In this document: one piece after another, positions 1 to 13,043 of the stretch | Numbering within the stretch: position 1 is the stretch's first letter | Layout of the letters: the number at the start of each line of letters is the position of its first letter | Origin: Camelus dromedarius | Lineage: Eukaryota | Length of the DNA: 64,000 nucleotides | Direction: 5' to 3' | Assembly (NCBI RefSeq): GCF_036321535.1 | Contig: NC_087436.1 | Span: 25,050,001 to 25,114,000 of the forward strand | Program-made: the position numbers and the translations under genes | The notes under the pieces: generated by a model | Told to the model about the DNA's origin: nothing | Database searches by the model: none | What the model saw: the letters and a program-made list of their open reading frames with translations, nothing else

Positions 1-649
1 CTCCCTTCAGCCGTTTCTGACGCCTAATTCTGCTGAATGTCTGGTACACAATCTTGATCTTTCTGGGAGCACCCAGTCTCCGGTACTCTCACAGGACAAA
101 GCAGGCGAGAAAGAGTGTTCCCTCAGAAATGCTCGGCCACGGTCAGAATGTGCCCAGAGCGGAAAGTCATGAGACAGCAGATCCTAAAGCACTGGCTCTC
201 GCTCCCTAGGAGACAGTAAGGCAACAGAGACCTACCCTTCACTTGTCTGGACTAGAGGCTCTCACTCAGGACTTCACAGTGTGCAAAGAAAAACCGCCGT
301 GCACTTTCTAAATCTGCTAAATATTACAATGTCCTGTTCCAGGATGTCCTGAGAACAATTCCGAGAGACTACTGATGCTGCAACCACAAAAAGTCACCAA
401 ACAAAAAATTAAAACACATCATTAAAACCGAAGAAAGCAAATCACCTGATGAAGACAACCCAATGGCTCCAAGGCCAGCCCACACTGACATGTCTATACA
501 TGTCAAAACCCTTTTATAATTTTCCTTTTGTCTCGGAACTCTTAAAATTTTGAAATTTGAGATGGGGGAGGTAACTAATTTACCTTTTGAGTCAGCATAT
601 GTTATTTCTCCCAATATTAGGTCCCCAAAAGGTAAAGACTGTCCAAGAC

Positions 650-2640
650 TGCTTTGGCCATTTTTTGAATTGAGTTATTTGCTGAGTGGTTGCTGAGTAT
701 ACATATAAAATAAATAAAATCTATTTTTAATTTTCTGAGAAAGTTTCATCCTGTTTTCTATAGTGGCTGTACAAATTTACAGCCACTTTTAATCTATTTT
801 GAGTTCATTTTTTGTGAGTGGTGTAAGATGGGGACCAATTTTATTCTTTTGCGTATGAATATCCAGTTTTCCCAAAACCATTTATTGAAGAGATTATCTT
901 TCCCCATTGAGTATTCTTGGCTCCCTTGTCAAATATTTGTTGACTGTTTATGTGTGGGTTTATTCCTGGGCTCTCAATTCTGTTTCATTGGTCTGTGTAT
1001 CTGTCTTTATGCCAGTATCATATAATTTTGATTACTATAGCTTTATATTAAAGTTTTAAATCAGGAAGTATGCTGCCTCCAGTTTTGTCCTTCTCTCCCA
1101 GAATTGCTTTGACTATTTAGGGTCTTTTGTGGTTTCCTATGAAATTTAAGATTGTTTTTTCTATATCTGAGAATATGCCCTTGGAATTTTGATAGGGTTT
1201 ACATTGAATCTATAGATGGCTTTGGGTAGAATGGACATTTTAACAGCATTAATTTTTCTGATCCATGAATACAGGCTATCTTTCCATTTTTGTGTCTTCT
1301 TCAATCTCTTTCACCAATGTCTCGTAATTTCCAGTATATAGATCTTTCATTTCCTTTGATAAATGTATTCCTAAGTATTATTATTTTGATATGTTATGAT
1401 TGGAATTGCTTTCTTGATTTCTTTTCCAGATAATTAGTTGTTAATATATAGAAATGCGGCGGGTTTGTGTATGTTGTTTTTGTATCCTGCAACTTGACTG
1501 AATTTGTTCATTAGTTCTAACAGTTGTTTCTGTGTGTGTGTGTGGAGTCTAGTTTTCTATATATAAGATCATATCATCTGCAGTCAGAGACTACTTTACT
1601 TTTTCCTTTCAGATTTGGATGATTTTTATTTCTTCTTCTTGCCTAGAGTTGCACTAGAGTTTTAATACTGTGTTGAATAGAACTAGTCAGAGGGGGGACC
1701 CATTTGTCTTATTCCCGATCTTAGTGGGAAATCGTTTAACTTCTCACCATTGAGTATGATAAATGTGTTTGTTATATATGCACTTTGTTAGATTGAGACA
1801 CATTTCATCTATACCTAATTTGTTGATGGTTATAAAGGATGTTGAATTTTGGCAAATGATTTTACTGCATCTATTGATACATAATTTTTATCTTTCACTT
1901 AGTTATTATAGTGTATTACATTGATTTGCAGATGTTGAACCATCCTTACATCCCAGAAATAAATCTCACTTAATCATTGTGTATGTCCTTTTAATGTACT
2001 GTTGAGTTCAGTTTGCTTATATGTTATTGAGGATTTTTGCATCTGTGTTCATCAGGAATATTGGCCTGCAATTTTCTTTTCTTTCCTTGTAAGTATCTTT
2101 ATCTGGCTTTGATATCAAGGTAATGCTGGTCTCATAAAATGAGTTTAAAAGTGTTCCCTCCTCACTGATGGAAATGTTAGCTATCTTGATTGTGGTAGTG
2201 GCTTCGTTGGTATATAAATTGTACATTTGAAATATGTGTAGTTTACTGTACAGGAAGGAACCATACCACAATAAAGATGTTAAAGAATCAATCAGTCAGT
2301 CCTCCTCTTCATTTTTGAGGGAAGACTTTAAGATAAGTTGATAATAATTCTTTATAAACATTTGGTAGAATTCATTAGTAAAGCCATCTCATCCTGGACT
2401 TCTGTCTGTTGGAGATTTGGATTACTGGTTCAGTCTCCTTTCTAGTAATTGGTTTGTTCAGACTTGCTATTTCTTAATGATTCAGTCTTGGTAGATTATA
2501 TGTTTTGAGAAATTTATCCATTACTTTTAGGTTTTCTGATCTGTTGGTGTTCATAGTAGTTTCTTACAATCTTTAATATTTGTGTTACTAGTTATAACAT
2601 TTCCTGTTTCACTTCTGATTTTATTGATTGCTATCACCCC
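650..2640 (-). mobile_element. Old decayed LINE-1 fragment (ORF2 RT to C-terminal region)
   Basis: Collinear by eye with the young L1 ORF2 (about 20617-22340). Remnant peptide [18 protein letters not shown]...[17 protein letters not shown] in ORF 2017-2271. Many stops and indels. Confidence 0.9.
2164..2300 (+). mobile_element. Short L1M-type 3' end nested in the older L1, opposite orientation
   Basis: gatggaaatgtt...tatcttgattgtggtagtgg...aataaag resembles L1MB/MC 3' termini. Flanked by cctcctc at 2157-2163 and 2301-2307. Confidence 0.65.
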
Positions 2641-3723
2641 AGTGACTTCTAAATTCACTGTGATTTTTCTCCACACCAGCACTGAGTTTTCCCTTTTTCT
2701 CTCTGGTATCCCCTGGTTTGTATCTAACATAGCCAGAACCCTGCAAGTAAGCACCATGGTGCAGACAGAGAAAGCTCCAGGAGAAGCCTGGCTTGAGGCC
2801 CAGAAGGGAACTTAGAAGTCTCAGAAAGAGTGAGAAGCCCTAACCCACTCTCTTTCTTACTTTTCTCCCTCTGACCCTGAGGCAATCCCATCCATGTTTT
2901 AAAGATTTCAAAAAATTGTATAGTGCATAAGCTATATATTACCTAGTGGGACCTAAGACAGGCTCCTCAATCAAATACATTGAATTTTCTGCAATGAAAC
3001 ATGAATATTCACACTAAGAGGGGTAAATAAAGACTATAATTAGCTTTACATATTTTCAGTTACTTTGATAGCACATTAGTTCAGATAATGTCAAGGTTTG
3101 CTGCCAAGTGAATATTTTTAAAAATTTAGTTTTCAGAAATTTTGGATTTAAGTATTGCAGATAAGGCATGATTGAATCTTTACCTCTCACTTGGCCTTTG
3201 AGGGTAACTAGTGCCTCTGGTTCCTTAGCTTTTCTAGAGTTTCTAGGTATGAATCCATATGTGACTTACTGACTTCTCCCTTTGCGAACTTAGGTTGTCT
3301 TTCTATGCTCTGTTAAGTCAGTTCCCACTTGTGCATCTGCTTTCCATCTTCCAAAATTTGGTTGATATGTCTTCTGCTTTTGTATCTTCTGTAATCTTCC
3401 ACCTTTGTGTCTTTACCTGTTCTATTCCTTAACAGGCTTCTTAGTGTAGTTTCAGGAATGAATGGAGATTATTGATTGTATCCACTCTGTCATGTTTAAC
3501 TAGAATCCACATGTCAAGGTTAACTAGGACCTGGAGATACAGAAAAAAATGGTTTGCTAATGATAGAATTCTGCAGTTCTGTCATGACATTCCAATTCAT
3601 TAAGAGAAGTGTGAGTTGCAGGGCAAATGGGAAAGGACAATAATTTCTTAAGGTTTTACCATCTGAAACCCCTCAGAGATTTCTGTTTTAGAGATATCTA
3701 TGGGCTCATTAACATTTCCCAAT

Positions 3724-4154
3724 TGTAATGGACTAAACAGTGCCCTGCTCCTCACCTTCCCCCACAAAAGATCTGTTTACAACCTAGTGTTTAGAGCCTG
3801 TGAATATTACCTTATAAGAGAAAAGATGTGGTTAAGTATTCTGAGAGGAGGCTTTATTCAGGATTATCTGGATGGGCTCTAAATGAGGCAGTTTGGAGTT
3901 CGACCCACACAGAGAAGGTGACATGGAAAGGGAACAGAGACAGAGGAGGCCACAAACCAAAGGATGCTGACAGCTATCAGAAGCAGTAAGATGCAAGAAA
4001 TCCCTGTTCTTCTAGAGCCTCCAGAAGGAGTGCAGCCCTGCCTACCCCTTAATTTTGGACTTTTGGCTCCAGAACCATAAGAAAAGACATTTCTGTTGTT
4101 TTAAGCCAGCCAGTTTGTGATAATTTGTTATGGCAGCCGTGGGAAACTAATGCA
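3724..4154 (+). mobile_element. MaLR solo LTR (MLT1-type)
   Basis: TG...CA ends. MLT1 3' motif ttctgttgttttaagccagccagtttgtgataatttgttatggcagcc...aactaatgca. Confidence 0.85.
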
Positions 4155-4575
4155 CTGCCAATGCAGTATTGGACTGTCGACTGAAAGCGAGACAGACATG
4201 CGTGGGAGTGATTTTATTTATTATTTTAGGCAAGTTTTTTTCTCTTCTGTGGGCCTCAGTTTTAAAACCTGAAAATTAGGGTTGGTGATCAGTGATTTGA
4301 AGTGACTCAAATTCCCAAATACTCTTGGTTTGTACAAATCCTAATACAGCAGTGAGGAAATTGACCTATTTGCATCATTCATGTAATGAATGTATACATC
4401 CCAAATGAAACTAATAACATTATTGTTATCTTGGGATACATTTAAACAGAAAGCATTTCTCTTCTTTTTCTTTTGGAATAGCTACTTAGATGGGCTTGTA
4501 TATGAAAGCCATGGTATCTTTTATATGGACAACTTGCTTGATTTGTTAGGAATACCTAATCTAAGTTAACTTTTT

Positions 4576-4911
4576 TTAATATATATTTTCATTGAAGTAT
4601 AGTCAGTTTACAATGTTGTGTCAATTTCCGATATATAGCACAACACTTCAGTCATATAGGAATATACATACATTCATTTTCATATTCTTTTTCACCATAA
4701 GTTACCATAAGATATTGAATATAGTTCTCTGTGCTATACTGTATAAACTTGTTGTTTATCTATTTTATATATGTTTGTTAGTACCTGCAAATTTTGAACT
4801 CCCAATTTATCCCTTCCCACTCGCTTCCCCTACTGGTAACCATAAGTTTGTTTTCTGTCTGTGAGTCTGTTTCTGTTTTGTAAATAAGTTTGTTTGTCTT
4901 TTTTTTAAAAA
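4576..4911 (-). mobile_element. 5'-truncated L1, 3'UTR only, with TSD
   Basis: Similar to the 3'UTR at 19400-19700. 13-bp direct repeat aagttaacttttt at 4563-4575 and 4912-4924. Confidence 0.9.
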
Positions 4912-5389
4912 AAGTTAACTTTTTAATGTAAAATTTGATTTTGACAGACTAGTCTACTTTAACAGACATTTACATTAATCTTAGAAAGAAATTATATGAA
5001 AATCAAATTAATAGTGGCTTTTTTTAAGTCCCCATTTTAACTGTCTAGATTGCAGTCTGTCTTCTATAAGGCTTTTTTTAAATTCAAAATTTAATGGATG
5101 GGTGATTCAATCATATAAATGTTTAAATGTTCATGAAAAACACATTTAACTTTATTGTCAAGTTCAGGGACCTTTCTCCTACTTGCATATCCTCTGATCT
5201 TTGTTTTTTTTTCTTTTTAAAAACCACTTTAAAATGTACTTTCTCATGTTCCAACAAGAGCACAGAACCTAGATAGTATTTTTTCTAATTTTTTTCCTCA
5301 TATAATGCTTAAATACCAGTTTCAACATTAGAACTAATGCTTATTAAACAGTTATTATGGACTTCCAAGTTTATATAGTTTTTAAAAAA

Positions 5390-5690
5390 ATTATTGAAGT
5401 ATAGTTGATTTACAGTGTTAGCTTCAGGTGTATAGCAACGTGATTCAATTATACATACATATTTTTTTCTTTTCAGATTCTTTCCCATTATGTTATTATA
5501 AGAAATTGAATATAGTTCCCTGTGCTATACAGTAGTTCCTTGTTATTTTTCTATTTTATGTATAGTAATGTGTGTCTGTTAATCCCTAAACCCTAATTTA
5601 TTCCTCCCCACTCTTTTCCTTTGGTAACCATAGTTTTCTACGTCCATGAGTCTGCTTTTGGTTTGTAAATAGAATTTGTATCCTTTGTAT
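5390..5690 (-). mobile_element. L1 3' end fragment
   Basis: ttattgaagtatagttgatttac...gttccctgtgctatacagtag, a typical laurasiatherian L1 3'UTR read in antisense. Confidence 0.88.
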
Positions 5691-5699
5691 CATTGTAAT

Positions 5700-6066
5700 T
5701 CTCCTACACTGTTGTTGGGAATGTAAATTGGTGCAGCCACTATAGAGAGCAGTGTGGAGGTTCCTTAAAAGCTAAATAGACTTACCATATGATCCAGCAA
5801 TCTCACTCTGGGCATATATCTGGAGAAAACTATAATTCAGAAAGACACATGCACCCGTGTTCATAGCAGCACTATTTACAGTGACCAAGACATGGAAACA
5901 ACCTAAATGTACATCAACAGATGACTGGATAAAGAAGATGTGGTGTGTATGTGTGTGTATATACACACATATATATGTGTGTGTGTGTGTATCTGAATCA
6001 CTTTGCTGTACACCAGAAACTAACACAACATTATAAATCAACTATACTTCAATAAAAATAAATAAA
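5700..6066 (+). mobile_element. L1 ORF2 C-terminus plus 3' end, internally deleted
   Basis: Reverse-complement match to about 19860-20115, then a (TG/TA) tract, then the terminal ctgaatcactttgctgtacacc...atacttcaataaaa. Confidence 0.88.
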
Positions 6067-9008
6067 GCTTTAAAATAGTCCAGTTTTTCATCTTTCCAGA
6101 TTTCACCTTGACTGAGGGTACCTGAGGTGCCATCTTCATGGCAGAGAAGAGCTACCCTGGGTGTGACATCCCCAGGGTGGGAGATTTTTCAGACCCTGAC
6201 TGACAGAGAGCAACCCTGCAGCCAGTCATCCCTAAAGAAAAGCACATTTTCTCCTAATGCCCTAAGTGTTCTGTTAATGGGAATTTTCAAGCTCTGGATC
6301 ATGATCATTGCACTCCGGACTATTGAGCCGTTGCAGTTTGCTGCTTGGTGAAGCTGGGAGCACAGTGACCCCTCTTCTCCTCACTGATCTCCTCCCACGT
6401 GCTTTCTCGGCTCTGAAGAGCTAAAAAGGAGGAGATCCTAATCATAAGCTTCTCTGGGTTCCAAGACAGAGAACCTGGGAAAAGGATAGGTAATTTATGC
6501 AGGCAAAGTTGCGATCTGGCATCTTCATGAGACTTTTCAGGTATGAAAGAAGTGGATGGGGGAAATCAAGAAAACCATGTTCTGAGAATTATATTCCTGA
6601 ATCTTTTCCACATTTGCTCTGCTTCTGAGTCTGCCCAGTGGGACTAAAGAAATGAGGACCCAAGCACAAGTGTAACTATGCAGGTTAATAATACTGGTAC
6701 TTTCCCTATGTTGTTCAGAAATTCACTTTTGATGAAACTGATCAATTTCCATGGTAAACTATCTCTGGCTAATGAGGATTTTCACATTCTTAAATATGTC
6801 TAAAATCCCAGTATGTCTTTCTTTGTGTTTAGTCACATCTGTTTAATAAGTAAAATGAAAGGTATAAAGAAATCAAGATATGGTATAATCTTGTGGCATT
6901 GTGTATGATATTAAATATTTGTTTTATACCTCATTATTCAAAGTTTCCAGGGACTAGGAAATGGCCATGATGAGAACAGTACAGATACTAGTCACATAAG
7001 GAACATTTACAAAGACTCCAATTAGTAAACACTTCTCTAATACCCACCCACTGTCTGCCAGATACGCCAGGTTTGTACATACACAGATGAATATGTTCCT
7101 CCTTCAACAGAGTTCATATCCAGCGAAGAAGCTCACAGGCTAGTATTATATGAACTAATTCTAGCCTCTTAATAATAATGTTGTTATTAAAACACTTATG
7201 CCTTGTGCAAAGTTAGGGGTATTATTGTACAATAATAATGAGTAAAATTAAAATGATATTCCCACAAAAGGCAACATAGTGCCATCTTTCTCTCTGTGGC
7301 ATCTGTCATCTTGGTGACTTTTGTGTTGGCTGACGTGGGTGGTTGAATTGTTAGCCCCCTTCTCTCACCTCTCTCATGTTAGTCCCTTCCAAGCTGTGTT
7401 CTTAGACTGCCCTTTTGGATAGATAGTGACCCTGCAAGAGCATTGTGAGGAGCTGCATTTCCTGCTAGTGTCCTCAAACATGTTCAATGTCCACTTATAG
7501 AGAACAGAGAGTACTCACTGTTCAAAATCCTACAAATGATATGTTCTTCTAAATGACCAACAATAAGCTAGAGGCTCTTTAGTAGTCCTACAGATGATGA
7601 TCCTGTGGCATTTTCTTTAGCTAGCTTCTCTCAGGGTAGAGGAGGAGCTGAGTCATATCTACTGTCTAAAGTTGTCCTAAGGTTATGACAGAAGCATACT
7701 TAGGTGGGGGCCACAACCGGCTACTTGGAACTGCAACTTTTACTCATGAGGCAAGATCCGGAAATCAAGCCTTCCTGATGATACTTGGTGGGAAGTCAAT
7801 TCCCACAAGAAAACCCAGGGACAAACTAGCTTCTCTCAAATTCAGTAAGTGGAAAAGGGGCTACAAATCTTCCAGGGAACATAGGCTATGGAAGATTCCA
7901 GATACTGAGCGTTGCACCAGAGTCTGTCTGGATGCCTGGAGCAATCATGTATACATATGCAGAAAACAACATTCTTTTGAACATGCCATAAAATAACTTT
8001 GGATTCAGTATTTGAGAGGGGGTAGATAATGTCAACAGGAAGCTGATGTATTTCAGGATATTTACTTATTGCAAAGCACACATTTGAATTATCATTCCCA
8101 CTCAGGATTCACTGTGTATACAGGCTCAGGTGAATTTTGCTTATAGTATTTTGCTTATAGTAAAAGTTGATTAAAAATTACCATGTTGAGTAGAGGTGAA
8201 ACTCCATACATTTGGACTACTTTAGGACCTGCTTCTGTCACAACGTAAGCATATGAGTTCCTTTAATGTGGTAGAAATACATTTATAATCCAGAACTCTA
8301 TACTTTTCATTCTCAAAAAAATACCCTGAACTCTGCTAGGTGAAAATAACTCACTTAATTCCATGCATCAGATCTTCCTCAATTACACAGCTGTGGCAGA
8401 CTACACCTTAGTTCTCCAGAGATGCTCAAACGTAGGCTTTGCTGTATAAACAGACTTGCCACAGAGACTGCAATTACCGTGAATTTTGAGACTTATGGCA
8501 TATGGCTCAAATTTAGGAAACACAACAAATACTTTTTGAGTGTATAAAATATTGGTTATTTCGCATGCAAGTTACAACCATAGTACCTCAACTTTAATCA
8601 AATTATAACTTCCAGTATTACCTTCGCAGAGAGGCCTTTTGTGTCTCTGTGGCTTAAGGGCTTAGAGGAGAATGCGAAATTCTGAAATTTCATAGTAGAG
8701 GATCTCTGTCTTGCTTTGAGCCTGGAGTCAAGTTTCAATTTCCTTTACTTCTGTAATTCATGTTTTCTTCTTGACCCACTTTACATCTTTGTCCTTTTAG
8801 GTGGTAATATAGTAACTAAGGATAACCCAGAGACCAGATTTTTTGCTCCCTTGCCTAGCTGGCACTTTGGGGAAGAATGGAGTGTTATCACTCTTAGTCC
8901 TTCAAGGAAGATGATATAGCCCTTGTCTGTAGGGGACCCACTGCTCTTTTCTGCTAACCTATAGGAACTTTTGGCAGTGGCATAGAGAATATGATATATG
9001 CTTCCAGG

Positions 9009-9506
9009 TATAATAGGGAATACTCCATATTAGACCTGTTCCTTTAGCTCTAGTCTTGGGCTGTTTCCTGTGCTGAGTCATGCTTGTTCTGCACCTTTTG
9101 TAAAAAGAATGTTGCCTAGAGCCTGAAATATACAGGATAGCCGATTCTCAAGGCTCTGGCCTTTAAGGGTATAATACTTCCCATTCATATAGAGATTTAA
9201 AAAAAAAAGAACACATTTGTCTTGCTAGAGGTTTACAGGAACATCATGAGCTGACCTTGGTGGACAGCTGCAAGAACAAAGGATTCCGACACCAAGAAGT
9301 TTGCAACAACCAACCATACCCCCTCCCCTTTTTAGTATAAAAGAAGCCTGAATTCTGACTTGGGTGAGATGGTTCTCCAGGACATTAGTCTGCCATCTTC
9401 TCTGTCTGCTGGCTTTCTGAATAGAGCCATTATTCCTTGCCCCAACACCTTGTCTCCCAACTTACTGGCTTGTGTGGCAAGCAGAATGAGTTTGGACTCA
9501 GTAACA
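9009..9506 (+). mobile_element. ERV1 solo LTR (MER41-like)
   Basis: TATA-like tataaaag near 9336, a poly(A)-signal-like aataga, and the end ggactcagtaaca. Flanks cagg/caga. Homologous to the reverse complement of 36958-37510. Confidence 0.8.
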
Positions 9507-10395
9507 CAGAGGGGACCCATCTTCAGGGGCAGTGATTCACAATATAAACCTGGTGTTAGACTATTTAGGACCTCAAAACAGAATCAAATTGTCTTTGCTT
9601 TATCTCTATTTGGAAATACATCTTATACCTTATATAAATACACATAATAATTCTCATTGCCACAAAGACACACTTTTGACAGTCTTGCCTCCTCCCCTCC
9701 CCTTCCTCTGCTTTAAAATTATGTGAAAAGTGTAGTGGCTTCATATCCATTTTTCAGTCTTCTAGCCAAAATCATTCACATCTATGTTCCCGGAGTATTG
9801 GGCCAAGCTAGGCCTGAAGGATATTATCCTCATCATTTCAAGTTCTGGATATTATAGATAGGTTATATAGAAAAAGCCATCAGGGCAAATAATGTTCATC
9901 CATCATTGCCACATATATTTCACAGCATTTTCTATCACATGGAATTAAATTTAAGGTTATGTACTTACTATAAATAAGGGAAGGATAAGAGCTAACATTT
10001 ACATGGCATTTCCCAAACATTAATTAATTCAACAGCAAAATAAATATTATACCTTGTGACAGAAAGCTGCCTAAGTTTTATAACTAAATTATTTATTACT
10101 TGAGAAATGTTTTGGTTGAATGGTGATTAGATAAGCAGGGTTGGGGGAAAAAAGATTGCATTACGAAGTTTTCTTTTATGTTTGTATTGAGAAAATTCAA
10201 TGGGCTAATCATTCACAGGGAATACACCTAGTAGTTTAACTTACTGCAGAGGTAGTCACACGCAGATTTAGTCACCTAGTAACTAGCTTATAAATTGCAA
10301 AGAGTCAAGAAAAGTCTAAAGCATTACCTAGAGGTAAACAAATTAAGAGCATAGCTCTGAGACCAGTGATTTGCTAAGGAAGGATACGTGGTAAA

Positions 10396-10649
10396 TGTTT
10401 TGGTTTCTTACTGCTGCGGTAACAAATGACTACAAATTCAGTGGCTTAAAACAACAGAAATTTATCATCTCAGTTCTGGAGGTCAGAAGGTGAAAATGAA
10501 TCTCACTGGGGTAAAATCAATCTATCAGTAATGCTACATTCCTTTCTGGAGGTTCTGGGGGAATGTGTTTTCCTGCCTTTTCCAACTTTTAAGGCTGAAG
10601 ACATTTCTTGGTTCCGGGCCCCCTTTTATCTTCAGTCAGCAATGACCGC
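10396..10649 (-). mobile_element. MLT1 LTR fragment
   Basis: tgctgcggtaacaaatgactacaaattcagtggcttaaaacaacagaaatttat...gttctggaggtcagaag is the antisense MLT1 3' half. Confidence 0.85.
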
Positions 10650-11052
10650 TGTGTGTATCAACTTGACTGGACCACTAGGTATCCTGCTATCTGACCACAC
10701 ATAATTCTGGGTGTTTTTGTGAGCCTGTTTTTGAATGAGATTAATACTTAAATCAGCAGACTAAGTCAAGTGGATTGCTCTTCGTAATGTGGGTGAGCCT
10801 CAATCAATCAATTGAAGGCCTGAATAGAACCAAAAGGCTAATTCTACCCTGAGTAAGAGAGAATTCCTCTCCTTTGAACTGGGACTTTGGCTTTGTCCTA
10901 TTTTTGGACTTGAACTACACCATTGACTCTCCTGGTTCTCAGGCCTTTGGACTTCAACTGGAACTACACGGACAAGTCTCCTGGGTCTCCAGCTTGCTGA
11001 CTCATATGTACCTCCTGTTGGCTCTGTTTTTTGGAGAACCCTGACTAATACA
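10650..11052 (+). mobile_element. ERVL solo LTR (MLT2-type)
   Basis: tcaacttgactgg...aatgtgggtgagcctcaatcaatcaattgaaggcctgaatagaac...ggagaaccctgactaataca. Confidence 0.85.
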
Positions 11053-11238
11053 CTTTGAGATCTAGCACATAATTAATTTTTCTTTCTAATACATGGGGCC
11101 TTAGGTTCTCAGCCAAGCTTCCGTTTAAACATTCTGCTCCACCTTTCACATATAATAAGAAGTGTTATTGATAGGAGTGTGCTATGCATGTGGACACTGT
11201 AAAGGCAAAAGAAGGAAGAAAAACTCTTTCCTCTAGAT

Positions 11239-11442
11239 CTGTGCTGTCCAGTACAGTAGCCACTAGCCATGGGTGGCTATTTCAATTTAAATGTAAAACA
11301 ATTAAAATAAATTAAAATTTGAGTTCTGCAGTGGCACTGGCCATACTTAATGTACTCAGTAACCACAAATTCTAGTGTCTCATTGCATAGCACAGATATA
11401 GAACATCTGCCTCAATACATAAAGTTCTATTGGGTAGCATTA
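11239..11442. mobile_element. hAT-Charlie DNA transposon fossil (MER3-like)
   Basis: ctgtgctgtcca...gtagccactagcca motif. 8-bp TSD ctctagat (11231-11238) and ctttagat (11443-11450), matching the Charlie NTCTAGAN target. Confidence 0.85.
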
Positions 11443-12008
11443 CTTTAGATTATGTGCACATGCATTAGAGAACACACCAGATTTTTCCTTCTTCTGACAA
11501 AATAGCCATCATTCTCTAGCTCACACCCTAACAGGCACACAGAAAAATTTGCTACTCTTTGTATTCTACCCAGATTGCATCATCTCCTTTTTTTCTTCTT
11601 TCTTTGTCCATCTTCTTCCTTGATTTCCTATTCTACTGAAGTGTCCTTTCTACTGTGAAATTTTCCTTATTTCCAGGAAGGATGAGAGGCTTCCCTTTGA
11701 TCTGATGATGCCCCATCTATACTTCTACTCTAGCACTTATGTATTATCAGATTTAAATTGTTAGTGTTCATGTCTTTTCTTTGGGTTCTAAATTTTCAAA
11801 AAAAACAGAGACTGTTGCTGATATGTATATGTATTCACCTACCACAGTACCTGGCATGAAGAAGATACTCGAACATACTTTTGAATGACTTAGTGGCAGT
11901 GATCCTCACTACATTCAGAACCACTGGATCCATTCACAAATCTATTCTTAATACAATTACTCCTAAAGTCTATAATTACTTCCTCGTGTAATTTAATGCA
12001 TGACCTAG

Positions 12009-12411
12009 TGTTATGGGGTGAACTGTTTCCCCAAAGTTTCTGTGTTGAAGCCCTAACGCCTCCAGAACCTCAGAATGTGGCTATATTTGGAGATAGGACT
12101 CTTAAAGAGATAATTAAGTTAAAATGAGGCTATGAAGGTGGGCCCTAATCCAATATGATGTTGTTCTTATAAGAAAAGAGAATTTGGACACACCAAGAGA
12201 CACTAGGGATGCACATACACACAGAGAAAAGGCCATGTGAGTGCACAGTGAGAAGGTGGCCATCTGTGAGCAAAGGAGAGAGGCCTCAGAAGAAGCAAGC
12301 CTGCTGACATCTCAGCCTTCAGCCCTCCAGAACTGTGTGAAAATAAATTTGTGTTGTTTAAGCCACCCAGTTTGCAATATCTTGTTATGGCAGTCCTAGC
12401 AAACAAATATA
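12009..12411 (+). mobile_element. MaLR solo LTR (MLT1B-like)
   Basis: Full MLT1 motif series with aataaa near the 3' end. 5-bp TSD cctag/cgtag. Confidence 0.9.
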
Positions 12412-13043
12412 CGTAGAAAGATGTGCAATAATACATTCAAATAAGTTTTGAAGGTATTAGTACTATTATTATTAAAATATGTATTATTAAGATAGAAGAT
12501 TTTAAGAATTTGGCAGTTGAAGAAGTTCCTATTTGGTGGAATGTGTTGCTTGGCCTCAAAGCTCTGTGCTCTAGCTTGGAAGGGCTTGACTATTCCCCAT
12601 ATCAGGCTTTCTGATCTTGTTTCTCTTGAAGGATGGCACTCTGGGATCTCTATGCTAGACTCTTGTTACCATGATGAGAGCTGCTGCTGATTTTCTGTAA
12701 TGTTTGTCTTCTGCTTTGCATCATCCTCTGCCGTGATCTGGTGTTGGCCTGGAATACCTGACTCCTTTTTTAATTTCCATGTAGTACCGGATGGGACAAA
12801 TTACAGTACAGGAAGGAAAAAGTTTTCAGGGAGCAGTGTAGCAAGAGTCCAGAGTCACAGATATATTTTCAGCTTGTATCCACCCTCATAAATTAGATTT
12901 GAAAACCCAGAGGGGCCAGGCTAACAAGTAAAGCAGTGAAACTTGGGGAATAATAAAGCAGAAAATGACAAAGTGTTGATCAAGAAGCTGGATCCGGACA
13001 AGATTTCAGAAAGACATATAGATCTGAGGTGACAGCTGGAATT

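Noticed and set aside
300..650. Endogenous RNA-virus element or mitochondrial-carrier pseudogene
   Set aside because: No convincing motif match in the frames I translated; it cannot be supported without a search.
5390..6066. Twin-priming inverted L1
   Set aside because: Both halves carry a 3' terminus, whereas twin priming leaves only one.
9009..9506. STAT1 GAS enhancer in the MER41-like LTR
   Set aside because: I found no TTCnnnGAA in this copy.
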